This document shows, one piece after another, positions 1 to 11,659 of a stretch of 64,000 bases of DNA. The stretch is from Octopus vulgaris (lineage: Eukaryota). The position numbers and the translations under genes are program-made. The notes below the pieces were generated by a model. The model saw only the letters and a list, made by a program, of their open reading frames with translations. It did no database searches and was not told the DNA's origin. The stretch lies in assembly GCA_951406725.2 (NCBI GenBank), contig OX597823.1, forward strand, positions 61,628,001 to 61,692,000, read 5' to 3'. How positions within the stretch are numbered: the stretch's first letter is position 1; each line of letters opens with the position of its first letter.

Positions 1-233
1 ATTATCACGTTTTTTCCATAAAATGTTTCGTGAAGGTTTTTTATCATTTTCTTCTTTCCTTTAATTTATCTTGTTCTTTGTCATATTTCTCCATAGAGTA
101 GTTATGTTATTTAAACCCAAACAATTTCAGGATTGCTTAGAGTATGCTATACAAGCCCATCCAATTTATTGCGCTTGCAATTATCCAAACATGAAACTTG
201 AAGTAGCTCACTTATAGCTGACCACATACAACT

Positions 234-281
<48 letters not shown>

Positions 282-1409
282 GATGGGGAAGCCTTGTATT
301 CACTACTTCAGCAAAACACTTTCTCCTGTCCTATCATATTTCCATATCCCTCAATACTACAATCCACTCAATTGGTGGGGAGGGAGTCTTGTGTTGCGGG
401 TACTTAGCAACCTCACCTATGTTGGTGCCATGAAAAAAGAACTCAGTACATTCTTGTTAAGTGGTTGGCATTAGGAAGTGTATCCAGCTGTAAAGACCAT
501 GCCAGGGCAGACAGTGGAGCTTGGTGCAGTTTTCTGGCTCATCAGTTCCATGTTGGACCGTCCAGTCCGTACCAGCATGGGAAAAAAGATGTTAAATGCT
601 AAAGATGATAGTTATATACATATGTGCATCTGTATACATCCATGCATGTGTGTGCATGTGTGCATGGTGTTTGTATGTGTATGACAGTGTAGCAAAAATG
701 TTTGCTTCGGAAGCATTTAGTTGGAAATCAGTACTCCTGTGGGGACACTGTTGCCTGATGTTCTCTGATGTCTATTACCTTGGGGATGAAATTCCATAAC
801 TAAACACTAAAAGACCTTATCATATATGTTTGTGAGCATGTGTGTGTGCACACGAGCATATGCATACGTAGATAAACACAAACCTATGAACATATACATA
901 CATACTTGTATAGCTACAGCCATAAAGCATCTTCTGCTTTTCTTATCACTTTATATAAGACCGTTTGCATGTGTGTTTATATAGACATGCACAAAAATTC
1001 ATATGATGTTGTTAGTGTGTATGTGTGTGAGTGAGTATATGAGTGCCACTGTGTGTATGTGTTTGTACAGTTTACACACATGCTATCCATATCATCGATG
1101 TGTTGCTTCTGCCACTCAGCTTTGGTTGCTGGCCAGTCGTGACCAATAGAGTTTGAATGTGGCTGTATTCAATAGCGTCAGACAAAAAGATGTCTAAGGG
1201 AGCGGAGGTGAGAGAGGAAGGAAGGCAAGACAAAAACAAGTGTTTGTGTGTATGTATAGTGGTAAGTGGTATATATGTATGTATATATATATATATACAC
1301 ACACACCACACACATATGCACCCACAAGCATACACACACATGCTGATATATCTATACATGGAAATAAAGTACTCTGGGACTTCAAGTTTCACTTTGAAAG
1401 AGCAAAATT

Positions 1410-1424
1410 ATATCTATCTATCTA

Positions 1425-1478
<54 letters not shown>

Positions 1479-1508
1479 CATGTGTATATGTATGTATGTA
1501 TGTATGTA

Positions 1509-1539
<31 letters not shown>

Positions 1540-1841
1540 ATGTATGTATGTATGTATGTATGTATGTGTATGTGTGTGAGTGCGAGTGTGACTGTGTGCA
1601 TGTGTGTGTATGGACAGAGAATTGTTGTATGACAATTGTGTATACACGCAATCGTACATACAGAGAGAGGGAGAGTGAGAGAGAGATTGGAGTAGAGTGG
1701 GAGATAGGTTGGTAGGTATGTATATGGCTATGCTAAAGAAAAACAGACAGATAGATAGAAAGACAAGCAACTGGACACAAGGGGCTAATTATATATATTA
1801 TACAAATAGATATAGACAAGCAGAAAGGTAAGAAGATAGAC

Positions 1842-1916
<75 letters not shown>

Positions 1917-1987
1917 TAAATATATAGATGTGTGTATGTGCATATGCATATATATGTGTATGTATGTTTTTTTTTTTGGCATGTATG

Positions 1988-2021
<34 letters not shown>

Positions 2022-2114
2022 TGTATGTATGTATAGATAGATAGATAGATAGGTAAGTAGGTAGGTAGGTAGGTAGGTAGGTAGGTAGGTAGATAGGTAG
2101 ATGGATAGACAGAC

Positions 2115-2173
<59 letters not shown>

Positions 2174-2276
2174 CAGAGAGAGAAAGAGATAGACAGACAA
2201 GCAGACAGACAGATAGATAGATAGATGGATAGACAGAGAGAGAAAGAGACAGACAGACAAGCAGACAGACAGACAA

Positions 2277-2350
<74 letters not shown>

Positions 2351-2370
2351 GGAAAGACAGGTAGGTATTA
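1410..2370. repeat. Compound microsatellite block (TA)n/(TATG)n/(GATA)n/(GGTA)n/(GACA)n; representative of dozens of such tracts
   Basis: Directly visible; these tracts explain the YIYI/CVCV/THTH/YLSI ORFs. Confidence 0.98.
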
Positions 2371-2876
2371 AACACTAGTTGTACACTGTGGATATTCTCT
2401 ATTGTGAAAGTATTGATTAAAGAAACACTAGTTACATTAAAAGTACAAAAAGTTTCTATTAGACAATTTCTTCTTTTAGTTCTGCTTTTTCGTTATCTTT
2501 TACTTCTTTTTCGTTATCTTCTGCAGTTTCCGTCTTTTGTGATTTTGTGAAAGAGAATGTTTTCTTTTCCTTCCATCTCTCATCTCTCGAATCTGGCCAG
2601 AGGATGGTTGAATGTATGACAATTGGTAGAATGATAATTGTATGTTTGTGACCACGAGTCCACGTATGTGTGTATGAGTGTGTGCATGTGCATGTGTGTG
2701 TATGTGTGTGTGTGTATGCCTGCCTTTTTGTACTTATTATGTATGTATGTATGTATGTATGTATGCATGTTTTTATGTAGGTAGGTAGGTAAGTATACAT
2801 ATATATTAAGTTGTTAATTCAAATAACATTGGGAGGAAATTAGTGAATTGGTTACATGTCACACTTTCCAAGGAGT

Positions 2877-2922
<46 letters not shown>

Positions 2923-3144
2923 ATGCTTGCATATTTATGATTCATATTTCAAGCCTGTTCAATGACATGTTTTGTATGATTACATGCTCTTTATAAATCA
3001 CATTTATTAATTGCTTTTATAATTTGCCATCATCAATTATCAAACACAGAAACATGTGTAACAGATGAAATACAGTAACATCAAATTCATATTTCATGTA
3101 TTTCTCTCATAATATATTCATACATACATATGTGTGTGTGTTTA

Positions 3145-3183
<39 letters not shown>

Positions 3184-3523
3184 GTATGTACGTAGAGATA
3201 TAAAACATACACACACACACACACATGTATATATTTAACATAGTTGGAATTTACAGAAAAACAAAAGGCAAAGACGAGTGTTTGAACAACAAGCAGGTGT
3301 ATTAGTTTGATGCTTGGGAAAGTGAGAAAGACTTTTATGTTTTGAGCCAAGAAATTTCCACAAAAAGGAATAAGAGAAAATAAACAAAGAGAGAATAAAA
3401 AAAATTTATGGATTTAGCAGTCAAGCATGGCGACTAGTTGGTAAAAAAATGGTTTGACAGGAGAGGTAGAATGGTGGGGAGATAATGAAGTATTGGGAGA
3501 TAATAAAGTATATATAACATATA

Positions 3524-3598
<75 letters not shown>

Positions 3599-3599
<1 letters not shown>

Positions 3600-3830
3600 G
3601 GTGACAAGCTGGCAGAATCGTTAGCATGCCGGGCGAAATGCTTAGCGGTATTTCGTCTACAATTACGTTCTGAGTTCAAATTCCGCCGAGGTCGACTTTG
3701 CCCTTCATCCTTTCAGGGTCAATTAAATAAGTACCAGTTACGCACTAGGGTCAACGTAATCGACTTAATCCCTTTGTCTGTCCTTGTTTGTCCCTTCTAT
3801 GTTTAGCCTCCTGTGGGCAATAAAGAAATA
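3599..3830 (+). mobile_element. SINE family A (core gcctttcatcctttcggggtcgataaattaagtaccag, Meta/Sauria-SINE-like domain)
   Basis: Near-identical copies at 14856-15088 (+), 25412-25895 (-, nested), 63105-63336 (-); degraded copies at 13720-14300, 18674-18812, 58580-58785. B-box-like gagttcaaattcc. Confidence 0.8.
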
Positions 3831-4249
3831 TATATAATATACATGCCTATATATACATGTAATATATACATATTTATAGCAGATAGGTAGACAGAGAGAG
3901 AGAAAGTATCTTTAGTGCAGTTAAATGGTTAGGAAGTTTACTGAGCAACTACAAGGTCCTGAGTTCAGTTTCATTGCATACCATCTTGAGGGAATGTCAT
4001 TTTTACAGCCTCTCTTCAACTCATACCTTGTGAGTAAAACTGGGTGGATGGAAAACATACAGAAGTCCGTCAAGTGGAAAGTCCCAGTAATTCAAAGGGT
4101 TTAATTTTGTCACGCACTAAGCAATGTTGATTCGGTCTGTGGAATATGTCTGTGGAATATTCAACAACTTTCATGTTTAGGAGTTAATTCAGTTGACTGG
4201 AAATTGGATCCACATCAATTGAAACTGGAGATCTACCCCACATACATAA

Positions 4250-4648
4250 TATACTTGCAATATCGCCCGGCATTGCTCGGGTTTGTTTTGACCCTTTAGA
4301 ATTGGAATTTTTGAAAAGTAAAAATTTTGTATTATGTAGCTTGTTATTCTCTTTAAGTGAACATTTTTCTGGTTGAAATACACCGAAAAATGGTGACCCA
4401 GCAGTCAAAAAATCGTAAAAAATTGGGATTTTCATAGTAAAAAAAGCACCTTTTTGATGTAAATAATTTTTGGTATTAACATGGTCCGATTTGAATTTTT
4501 TCTTCAACAGAAAAAAGAGCAAGCCTTTTTCTATCATACTCTCAATTTTGGTCAACTTGCACTGCAGGGTCTCGGAGGATATAGTGTTAGTTTAAGGCTA
4601 CCAAACGTGCCATACACAGACAACTTCAGCTTTATATATATAGAGATA
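4250..4648 (-). mobile_element. Non-autonomous Helitron-like element
   Basis: On the minus strand it starts tctctatatata and ends with the hairpin cccgagcaatgccggg and a degenerate CTAG; same termini as 10310-10695. Confidence 0.55.
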
Positions 4649-5234
4649 TATAATATATGAAGGTTATTGATTCAGAAACACATTCTCAACTGTCGATGAC
4701 AAACCTGTTCGTTTCTTTAATAGGTTGTCAATTTGGGGAAAATTCTCGAATCTTGTGATTATCTCCCCTTCTCAAGTGTAGCTGGTCATAAGTGCCATTT
4801 GGTAAGTATGGTACATCCTCCAGAAGTGGAGATAATTTTAATAAATCAAGAATTTTTGTTGTCCAGTATTTGACATATTAGTATTTGTCTATGATATTCA
4901 AATACACGCTACTGACCACTTAGCTCATTTTTGTTTAATACATATGTATATATGTGCATATGTGTGTGTGTCTGTGTGTGTATTATGTATATGTTTTATG
5001 TTATGTATATATTTATGTGTTAGGAAGGGCATCCAGTCATAAAAACCCTACCAAAACATACACTGAAGTCTGGTGCAGGCTCCAGTCTAGTTATAGTACT
5101 AATATGTTAATAAAAAAAATTTCAACTATTCTCAGTGCATTTTCAATTTCTATTTTTCCTATATTTCTACCTGTGGAATAAAATAACTTTGTTTTTGTTT
5201 AGATAGATGGATAGATAGATAAATAGATAGATAA

Positions 5235-5301
<67 letters not shown>

Positions 5302-5374
5302 GAAAGACAGACAGACATATATACATACACATATACATGCATACATATATATATACACACACGTACATACATAC

Positions 5375-5559
5375 ATGATAGATCGGTAGCCACTACACAC
5401 ATTTTTTTTCTCTCCTTGTTTTTTTTTTTTTGTCCCTTTCTGTAGAAGAGCGTAGGCTCGAAATGTAAAAGACTTTTTCAATTCCTGAGCATTTCACTAA
5501 TACATCTGTTTGTTTTCTACACCACCTGTCTTCGTCTTTTGTGTTTTCATGAACTCTCC

Positions 5560-5565
<6 letters not shown>
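5375..5565 (+). mobile_element. Short repeat family with a hammerhead-like core (copies 27545-27730 minus, 3245-3420 minus degraded, 17450-17540 partial)
   Basis: Shared gaagagcgtaggctcgaaa.gtaaaagact...ctaataca...tcgtctttt; flanked by (TA)n/(CATA)n. Confidence 0.7.
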
Positions 5566-5589
<24 letters not shown>

Positions 5590-5604
<15 letters not shown>

Positions 5605-7200
5605 GATATACAGACAGACCCCTTGTTTACAAATTAATTTGTTTCTGACTAGTGGGGTCAGTATGGTGGGGTATTATCATCCATAGAAAACAATGTTGAT
5701 TCTTAAACTGTTTAAAATTGAAAAGAAGGTTAAAATAGAAATAGCAATATTCAAAAGTATAATTTTTTATTCAATCACAAACTTCAGAAAGAAAAAAAAT
5801 AGAAAAACATATAAAACAAAAAAATTCAGCTCATGGAACTTAATTCATATCTATTGGGTCTGCCATCACTGGGGCCTCTTGAGCACATGTCAATTCCATT
5901 TGTTGAGTTTCTTCTTGTATTGATGTTTCATCTGCATTAGCTTTATTCGTTAAAAAAATTATCTAAAATTGTTTGTTGAAAAGATTTATTCTTTATTTCA
6001 TGGTAGATTTCATGAAAACAAGCATGACCTCCTATTAAATTTGCAGCAGCAGTTGAGCTTCTTTCAAAATTGGTATCTTGCTGCTCAAAGATTTCAATTG
6101 CTTTTTCAATGTGAAGAAATGCTTTATTTAGTTTTTTTGCAGAGAAGTGTCTTTCAGATCCTCCTCCTCCTCCTCCTCCTTCTCCTTCTTCTTCTTCTTC
6201 TTCTTCTTCTTCTTCACATTCTTCAGAGCTTCTTTAACATCTTCAGGTGAAATTTCAAAGTTCAGTTCCTTTGCAATGTTTATGATCATGTCAATTTCTT
6301 TTTGGAGACCTTTATGAAGATTATCAAAGTCATTCAAAATTATCAATTAATATGGGGCAGAATTTTTTCATAATTCTTTGCGTGTTCTTTACAGCGATTT
6401 TATCCCATGCTTTCTTTATCAATTTTATTGCATCAAGGATGTTGAAACTCTTCCAAAATTCTTAAATCATAGAACCATTTTCTTTATCAGTCACTTTGAT
6501 GAGTCTTTCAAAGGGAAAACAGAGATAGTAAGATTTAAAACAATTAAATGGCTCCTTGATCCATAGGCTACAATAAAAATGTCATATTGGGAGGTAAAAT
6601 AACATTAATATTTTGATGGGGATTCTTTAGAAATGCAGCATGACTGGGAGCATTATCCATTATCAAAAGAATCTTGAAAGGAATTTTTTTTATCCTTCCA
6701 ATACTTTTCTACTTCGAGAACAAAGTGATTAGATTACCAATCTTCAAATAGAGTTCCTGTCACCCAAGCTTTTTTGTTATGCTTCCAGATTATGGGAAGT
6801 TTCATCTTATCAATTCTTTTTAAAGCGCGGAGGTTTTCAGATTGATAAACAAGCATGGGCTTGAGTTTGCAGTCTCCTTCACAATTTCCTCCCAGAAGCA
6901 ATGTTATCCTATCTTTTGCAACTTTGAATCCTGGCATTGAAGATTCTTCTCTTGCAATAAAAATCCTTAAAGGAATTTGTTTCAAAAATTAGGCCCGTCT
7001 CATCCTTATTAAAAATTTGAGATGGTATAAAGCCTTCTTCCTCATTCAAATCTGCTAATGGCAAGGAAAAGTTTCTGAAGCTTTTTGATCTGCACTAGAC
7101 AATTCTCCTTGGATCTTCACATTGCGTAGATTTGCTGATTTTTTGAAATAATCAAACCAACCATTGCTCATTGCAATTGTTTCATTTGATGCATCTGATT
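5590..7200 (-). mobile_element. Tigger/pogo (CENP-B-like DDE_1) transposase remnant
   Basis: Minus-strand peptides SNGWFDYFKKSANLRNVKIQGELSSAD, KVAKDRITLLLGGNCEGDCKLKPMLVYQSENLRALK, KAWVTGTLFEDW, KILLIMDNAPSH; stops and frameshifts; TA-CAG..GACCCC terminus near 5590. Confidence 0.9.
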
Positions 7201-7218
7201 TATATATATATATATATG

Positions 7219-7254
<36 letters not shown>

Positions 7255-7255
7255 T

Positions 7256-7312
<57 letters not shown>

Positions 7313-7319
<7 letters not shown>

Positions 7320-7875
7320 CAAGACAAAACCACTATTTTGCAAAACAAACAAGGAAAGACTTAATCAATACATAAAAATTTAAATATAAAGAAATAAACC
7401 GCCACTACATTTTATTTTTGTTTTTGTTTTTTTGTTTTTTTGTTTTTTGTACATCTTTAAATATGAGAACTTTAATAATAGGTTTCTTTATATTCAATTG
7501 TTTATAGGGTTTATTTTAGATTATATATTGATTATATATAGATTATATATAGATTATATATAGATTATATATATTTATATTTTTCATTGATAATTTTATT
7601 ATTTTAAACTTATATTTTAATATATTGATATTTTAGATCGAAAATCCACCTGACGAATGTCATTGAAGACATGAAACGATTGTAGTGGCGGTTTATTTCT
7701 TTATATTAAAATTTTTATGTATTGATTAAGTCTTTCCTTGTTTGTTTTGCAAAATAGTGGTTTTGTCTCGAATTATATTATATAATATTTTACTATAAAA
7801 TTGGATTTAATCCTAAATCTAATTTTTCCCTGTAAATTTGGATTTATTCCCTAATATTTATTATTATTATTTTTA
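7313..7875 (+). mobile_element. Penelope-like pseudo-LTR fragment with an inverted ~97-bp terminal duplication
   Basis: 7313-7409 is the reverse complement of 7681-7777; contains the hammerhead; flanked by (TA)n on both sides. Confidence 0.65.
7646..7688 (+). ncRNA. Minimal type-I hammerhead ribozyme motif
   Basis: ccac-CTGACGA-atgtc(attgaa)gacat-GAAA-c(gatt)g-TA-gtgg: all core nucleotides present, stem I ccac/gtgg, stem II 5 bp, GUA cleavage triplet ending at 7684. Confidence 0.75.
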
Positions 7876-8143
7876 TATATATATATATATACAGACACAC
7901 ACACACATATATATATATTGCCAGATCAGACTGGGTCTGGTGCAGCCTTCTGGCTTCCCAGACCCCAGTTGAACCGTCCAACCCATGCTAGCATGGAAAG
8001 CTGACGCTAAATGATGATGATGATGATGATATGCATATATATATGATTGGAGCCTGGTGCAGCCATCTGGTTTCCCAGTCCTCAGTCAAATTGTCCAACC
8101 CATGCTAGCATGGAAAGCGGATGTTAAACGATGATGATGATGA

Positions 8144-8193
<50 letters not shown>

Positions 8194-8984
8194 CCATATC
8201 TGTTTGTATGTATATATCTATGTATTTATCTATCTGTCTATCTTTGTGCGTGTGTATGTGTGCATGTGTGTACCTGTGTGTGCATGTGTGTGTTTCTACT
8301 ACTGCTAGAAGTTCTGTCACTTTTAACCAGAGCTGATGGAATCAAGCCATAACAAAGTCAGAGGAGGAAGGACTAGGAAGCATTTGTTAGTAGCAAGAGC
8401 TAGAAATCAATCAGTTACAGATCAATAGATCATGTTACTAAAGTGTTGATTTTTAACAAAATGTTTTACTTCCCAATCACCAACACCTCTGTACACCCCC
8501 CCCCCCCCCACACCCACACACTCTTTCCCTTTGTCACTTCTCTGTCTCTCTGTCTCTCTCTCTTTCCTCATCTCTCTCTCTCCTCCTTCTACTCCTTTTA
8601 TAAATTGATATATTGATTATCGAATAGAAAATTCACTCGTTTTGAAAAATAAACATTAAAAGACACAAGATAAACATTTCTTTCCTAACATATCTCATTA
8701 ATTAACCAGAGGGAAGTAGAAATCATTTTCGATTTTGTGAAAGTAAAAAAAAAAAAGGAGGGAGAAAAAGAAAGAATGGAGAGGGGGAGAAAAAGAAAGA
8801 ATGGAGAGGGGGAGAAAAAGGAAGAAAGAGAAGGAAAAGACAGAGAGAAAAAAGATGAATAAATGAATAACAATATTTGATGTTAAATACATTATTTTAA
8901 GTTTAAAAGTTACACCAAAATATCTTTTAATCTCTGGAAAAACTTCAGCATCTTCAGGAGGGAAAAGATGATATCTTTACTTAC

Positions 8985-9177
8985 CTCATTGACAACATCC
9001 TTATCAGAAGGAAGATGCAGTTTCCTACAGATGTTCTGTATATGTTCAGCTCGCAGATAACCTTCCCGATCTTTGTCATATTTCAGGAAGAGTTCAAAGA
9101 CCTCTGCTCTGTCAGTCAAACCAATGCTTTTCATGTGAGTGATAGTTTTTGCCACAAGGGCACATAAGTCTCCTGGT
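8985..9177 (-). CDS. EFHC1: EFHC1 exon: EF-hand region
   Basis: atctttcag|A...GAG|gtaagt, 193 nt, phase 2/0; PGDLCALVAKTITHMKSIGLTDRAEVFELFLKYDKDREGYLRAEHIQNICRKLHLPSDKDVVNE, comparable to human AFQIYDKEASGYVD...ICESLNVPVDDSLVKE. Confidence 0.92.
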
Positions 9178-9542
9178 CTGAAAGATTAATTGAATGAAAT
9201 TTAGAATTTTACTGGAAATTCTCTAAATTACAGGTCATTAGAGAAGCGCCTGAAAGAGTTGGCAACAGGAAAGAAATCTGACCCCCCACCAGAAAGAAAA
9301 AACATAAAAAGGAGAAGACAAAAAAAACTCTACTACCTCAGGAAATTTATCCAAACTATGACAGCCCAGAAAAGTGAACATGCCATGAGTGATGAAAGAT
9401 GAATGAAAATGATAATGATGGTGATAATGATGATGATGATGAGGAAGCTGGTGGTTTTTGTGATGGTGGGGAATAATGAATGATAACAACAGTGATGATG
9501 ATGAAGCAGTGATACCAAAGCCTACATATATGCATACATACT

Positions 9543-9880
9543 GAGACCTCCTTTGGTCATGTCTGACCCTGGGATTGCTCCTAGAAAGTTACTCTCCCAG
9601 GCACAAGTTACTCTCCTAGGCACAAGTTACTCTCCCAGCAGTCGTCCATGCATACCAGCCTCCCCTCTCCGTGCCACTGTGTTATCTAAGCGAAAGGCAA
9701 AAGCCGATACAATTTGGCACCAGTGACGTTGCATCTCATTTCTACAGCTGAGTGAACTGGAGCAATGTGAAATAAAGTGTCTTGCTCAAGAACACAACAC
9801 ACAGCCCAGTCCAGGATTCAAACTCACAACCTCACAATCGTAAGGTCAACGTCCTAACCACTGAGCCATGTGCCTTCACA
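9543..9880 (-). mobile_element. tRNA-derived SINE family C (head gaaggcgcatggctcagtggttag...tgtgttcttgagcaagacactt)
   Basis: A/B-box-like head; related copies at 12100-12400, 16700-16965, 18925-19212, 24180-24320, 24640-24880, 25095-25410, 27300-27462, 45335-45583. This copy has a 19-bp unit (aagttactctcccaggcac) three times at ~9586-9640. Confidence 0.8.
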
Positions 9881-10032
9881 TGCATACATACTCATATACA
9901 TATATATATATACACATACACCCATATATATGTATACATACATACATACATACATACATACATACATACATACATACATACATACATACATACATACATA
10001 CATACATACATACACACATACATACATATATA

Positions 10033-10300
10033 TATTATAATGAGGGAGGCCAGTTTATGGGGTTACCCTGGGTTTCTCGTCCATAAGGGGTTTGGCCTTG
10101 CAGCATATCATCAGATCCCAAACCTGTTGGCCTTGATGAGATCTTAGGCCAACAGATTTGGGGTCTAACGATACACCATAAGGCCAAACCCCTTATGGAC
10201 AAGAAATCCAAGGTAACTCCAGAAAACAGCCCCCCATTATAATATTAACTGCTCTACATCTTATGGAGTGCTTCTTAGGATTTATATTTTTCCACAAACT
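10033..10300. mobile_element. Fold-back element with a hammerhead motif in each arm
   Basis: 10033-10133 and 10146-10244 are imperfect inverted repeats. Minus arm: gggat-CTGATGA...GAAA-cccaggg-TA-acccc; plus arm: ggggt-CTAACGA...GAAA-tccaagg-TA-actcc. Confidence 0.7.
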
Positions 10301-10309
10301 ATCTATCTA

Positions 10310-10695
10310 TCTCTCTCTATATAAACGGCAGTTTGTCTGTGCGTGTTTCTGTGTGTCTGTTTGCTTGTACCCTCACCCTGACCACGGCTTTTAACCGATT
10401 CTGATGAAACTTGACACACACATAGCCCAATGTCATAATTCAAAACTAACGCAGCGAAAATTTTGAAAAGTTCCCCCAGTTCTGAACAATATCGAGAAAT
10501 TCGACATGGGGTCGAGAATCAGAAACACAAACCGCAAACTGTCTAGGGGACGCAACTCCACCTTTTTTTACTCTCAAAAAAATTTACCTTCATTTTTTCC
10601 CATTTTTTTTGCTATTTTTGGGCTATAACTCTCTAAAAATGCTTTATAGTTATTTCCCTTACAAACCTGAGCAACGCCGGGCGATACTGCTAGTC
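10310..10695 (+). mobile_element. Non-autonomous Helitron-like element
   Basis: 5' tctctatata start, internal ccgattctgatgaaacttgacaca, 3' hairpin cctgagcaacgccggg followed by CTAG|T. Confidence 0.65.
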
Positions 10696-10769
10696 TATAT
10701 ATATATATATATATATATATCTATCAATATATCTATCAATATATCTATATATATATATATACATATATA

Positions 10770-11630
10770 TTGTCCTTTAGAAAATCGGTGTTTTGCAGGA
10801 GATCATGAGTATTATTACATAGGTTCAGCTGCTATAATTTGGAAATCTAGATTTCATCATCATTCTCAATCATTTAAGTATAGAAGAATAGGTAATTCTA
10901 CAAATCTTAGTAAATGCATTTGGGATTTAAAAGATAAAAACATTAAGTATGATTTAAAGTGATCCATTATTAATTATGCACCATTGCACAATATTGGCAA
11001 TTCTACATATGATCTTTTCCATGAAGAAATGTGTCATATATTTACTTCTAAATTAATATTATCAAATTTTAATAGTAATTTTACAATGAAATGTCATAAA
11101 TTTCGGAAGACATTTAAATATTTCAATTCTTAATTATAATTGGTTTTCAGATATCATATAATAAGCATGATTTTTCTAAAAGTGTTTAATGTATGTAATA
11201 GAAAGATAACTGTCATGACATATAATCTCTATATTTCTAATTGTCATAACATAGAACTCGTATATGTTTATTATTTATTCTTTCTTTTTCCACTGATTTC
11301 ACTGAGAGATGAACACAAAAATAGCTTTTCTTAGATAATATTTCTTCTTAACGTTTTTTTTTTATATATGTTCATGCTCTGGAGGTATTTTAATTTTTTT
11401 TTGTCCAAATTGAATTTAACTAATTTTGGATCACTTTGAAAATGTGTTCACATGAATTTTTGGACATATTAATTTCAATGATATTTTATGCATCTAAGTA
11501 TGTTGATACAACAGAAACAGTGGCCAGCTTTGTATGAGGAATTCAATAATTAAAAGTATGATTTTCTCTATCCATATTTTTGTTGTCTTATACTTTGAAT
11601 TTCTTGAAATTCTGAGTGATGTTTAGATTT
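10770..11630 (+). mobile_element. Penelope-like element 3' remnant: GIY-YIG endonuclease plus downstream degenerate hammerhead
   Basis: CPLENRC...YYIGSAAIIWKSRFHHHSQSFKYRRIGNSTNLSKCIWDLKDKNIKYDLK matches the PLE endonuclease pattern (CPL..C, YIG, K.R...H..SF, ST.LS..IW.LK); CTAAGTA-tgttg(ata)caaca-GAAA at 11494-11517. Confidence 0.8.
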
Positions 11631-11659
11631 ATTTGCCATACATGAGGAATTACCTTGGA

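Noticed and set aside
729-1195. Other candidate EFHC1 last exons (LWNFIPKVIDIREHQATVSPQEY*; TSFCLTLLNTATFKLYWSRLASNQS*)
   Set aside because: AG sites exist, but there is no similarity to the EFHC1 C-terminus; cannot be distinguished from chance.
1157-2375. Long ORFs of YI/CV/TH/YLSI repeats here and throughout (e.g. 34884-35952, 42064-42829, 61450-62691)
   Set aside because: Translations of stop-free microsatellites; no coding signal.
4660-4940. Unique segment with CTGTCGATGACAA...TTGTC hairpin, as a possible ribozyme or last exon
   Set aside because: GAAA is not adjacent to the stem, and there is no convincing splice acceptor or homology.
6128-6346. Poly-K/poly-E ORF
   Set aside because: (CTT)n/(CCT)n expansion inside the dead Tigger transposase.
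9042-9077. Non-canonical EF-hand loop DKDREGYLRAEH (no Glu at position 12)
   Set aside because: The human EFHC1 loop, as recalled, is also non-canonical at that position, so this is not distinctive.
10400-10412. CTGATGAAAC resembling a hammerhead core
   Set aside because: No stem II between CTGATGA and GAAA; part of the Helitron-like internal motif.
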